Below are positions 6,219 through 6,734 of a stretch of DNA of 6,734 nt, in pieces. The DNA is taken from positions 1 through 6,734 of the IMG/VR virus record IMGVR_UViG_648276647_000003. One strand, 5' to 3'. Both the position numbers and the translations under genes were made by a program. The stretch is from a virus (lineage: Duplodnaviria > Heunggongvirae > Uroviricota > Caudoviricetes). The notes under the pieces are model-generated. The model searched no databases. It was not told the DNA's origin and saw only the letters and a list, made by a program, of their open reading frames with translations. Numbering within the stretch: the stretch's first letter is position 1; the number at the start of each line of letters is the position of its first letter.

Positions 6219-6712
6219 TGGCTCTGAACCTTGATTCTCTCGGTTTATCTGCAAAGGTAACCGCGGAGGGGATCAGTGCGCCTGATTATCAGACGATACT
6301 CAGCACCCTGATTAGCTATTTTCAGCAGATTTATGGCAGTGATGCCTACCTCGAACCGGACAGCAAAGACGGCCAGATGGTGGCTCTGATGGCGCTGGCG
6401 ATTCATGATGCCAATAATACTGCGATAACTGTCTACAACTGTTTTTCACCGGCAACCGGCTATGGGGCTGCACTGACCAGTAACGTGAAAATAAATGGTA
6501 TTTCACGTAAAGGCGCGACGAACTCTACGGTTGATTTGCTTCTTACAGGAACTGCCGGAACAACCATCATTAATGGCAGCGTGAAAGACAGTAATAATGT
6601 GATATGGCGTTTGCCTGCTTCAGTGGTGGTCGGCGTGGATGGTACAGTGATGGTGACCGCAACATGTTCCGTCAGTGGTGCAGTGGCGGCCGCTGGCTGG
6701 AACTATCACTGA
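6218..6712 (+). CDS. Baseplate J-like protein (Mu gp47 / P2 gpJ / T4 gp6-like), N-terminal 164 codons; apparently truncated by a 1-nt frameshift, possible pseudogene or sequencing error
   Basis: ATG overlaps the upstream stop (TAATG at 6216-6220), RBS ggagg. The ORF ends at TGA 6710-6712, but another frame is open from about 6660 to the window edge and reads LAGTITEINTPTRG, which fits the expected continuation of a baseplate J protein. Intact homologs are usually around 300-380 aa. Confidence 0.6.
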   Translation: MALNLDSLGLSAKVTAEGISAPDYQTILSTLISYFQQIYGSDAYLEPDSKDGQMVALMALAIHDANNTAITVYNCFSPATGYGAALTSNVKINGISRKGATNSTVDLLLTGTAGTTIINGSVKDSNNVIWRLPASVVVGVDGTVMVTATCSVSGAVAAAGWNYH

Positions 6713-6734
6713 AATTAATACGCCAACCCGTGGC

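Noticed and set aside
1-6734. tRNA, attachment-site repeats, CRISPR repeats, or integrase/transposase signatures
   Set aside because: No cloverleaf-like GC-rich 70-90 nt segment, no periodic direct repeats and no recombinase-like ORF were seen; the window is entirely internal to a structural gene module.

Overview
The whole window is one + strand block of late (tail/baseplate) genes from a contractile-tailed prophage, with gene order resembling Mu-like/SfV-like myovirus tail modules; codon usage looks enterobacterial. In order: the 3' end of a tail assembly chaperone carrying a canonical -1 slippery heptamer (T TTT TTG, 142-148) with an overlapping -1 frame that runs into the tape measure start; a 662-aa tape measure protein; three translationally coupled baseplate-proximal genes (195 aa, 100 aa, 356-aa hub-like); a visibly AT-richer two-gene insertion (4324-5046) encoding two diverged paralogous signal-peptide proteins, closed by an intrinsic terminator (5072-5093); then the central spike, a small wedge protein, and the N-terminal part of a baseplate J-like protein that appears truncated by a 1-nt frameshift just before the window end. 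The most interesting element is the two-gene secreted-protein cargo sitting between hub and spike. No tRNA, rRNA, CRISPR or transposase signal was seen. All functional calls are from reading the translations and from remembered family hallmarks; no database search was run.
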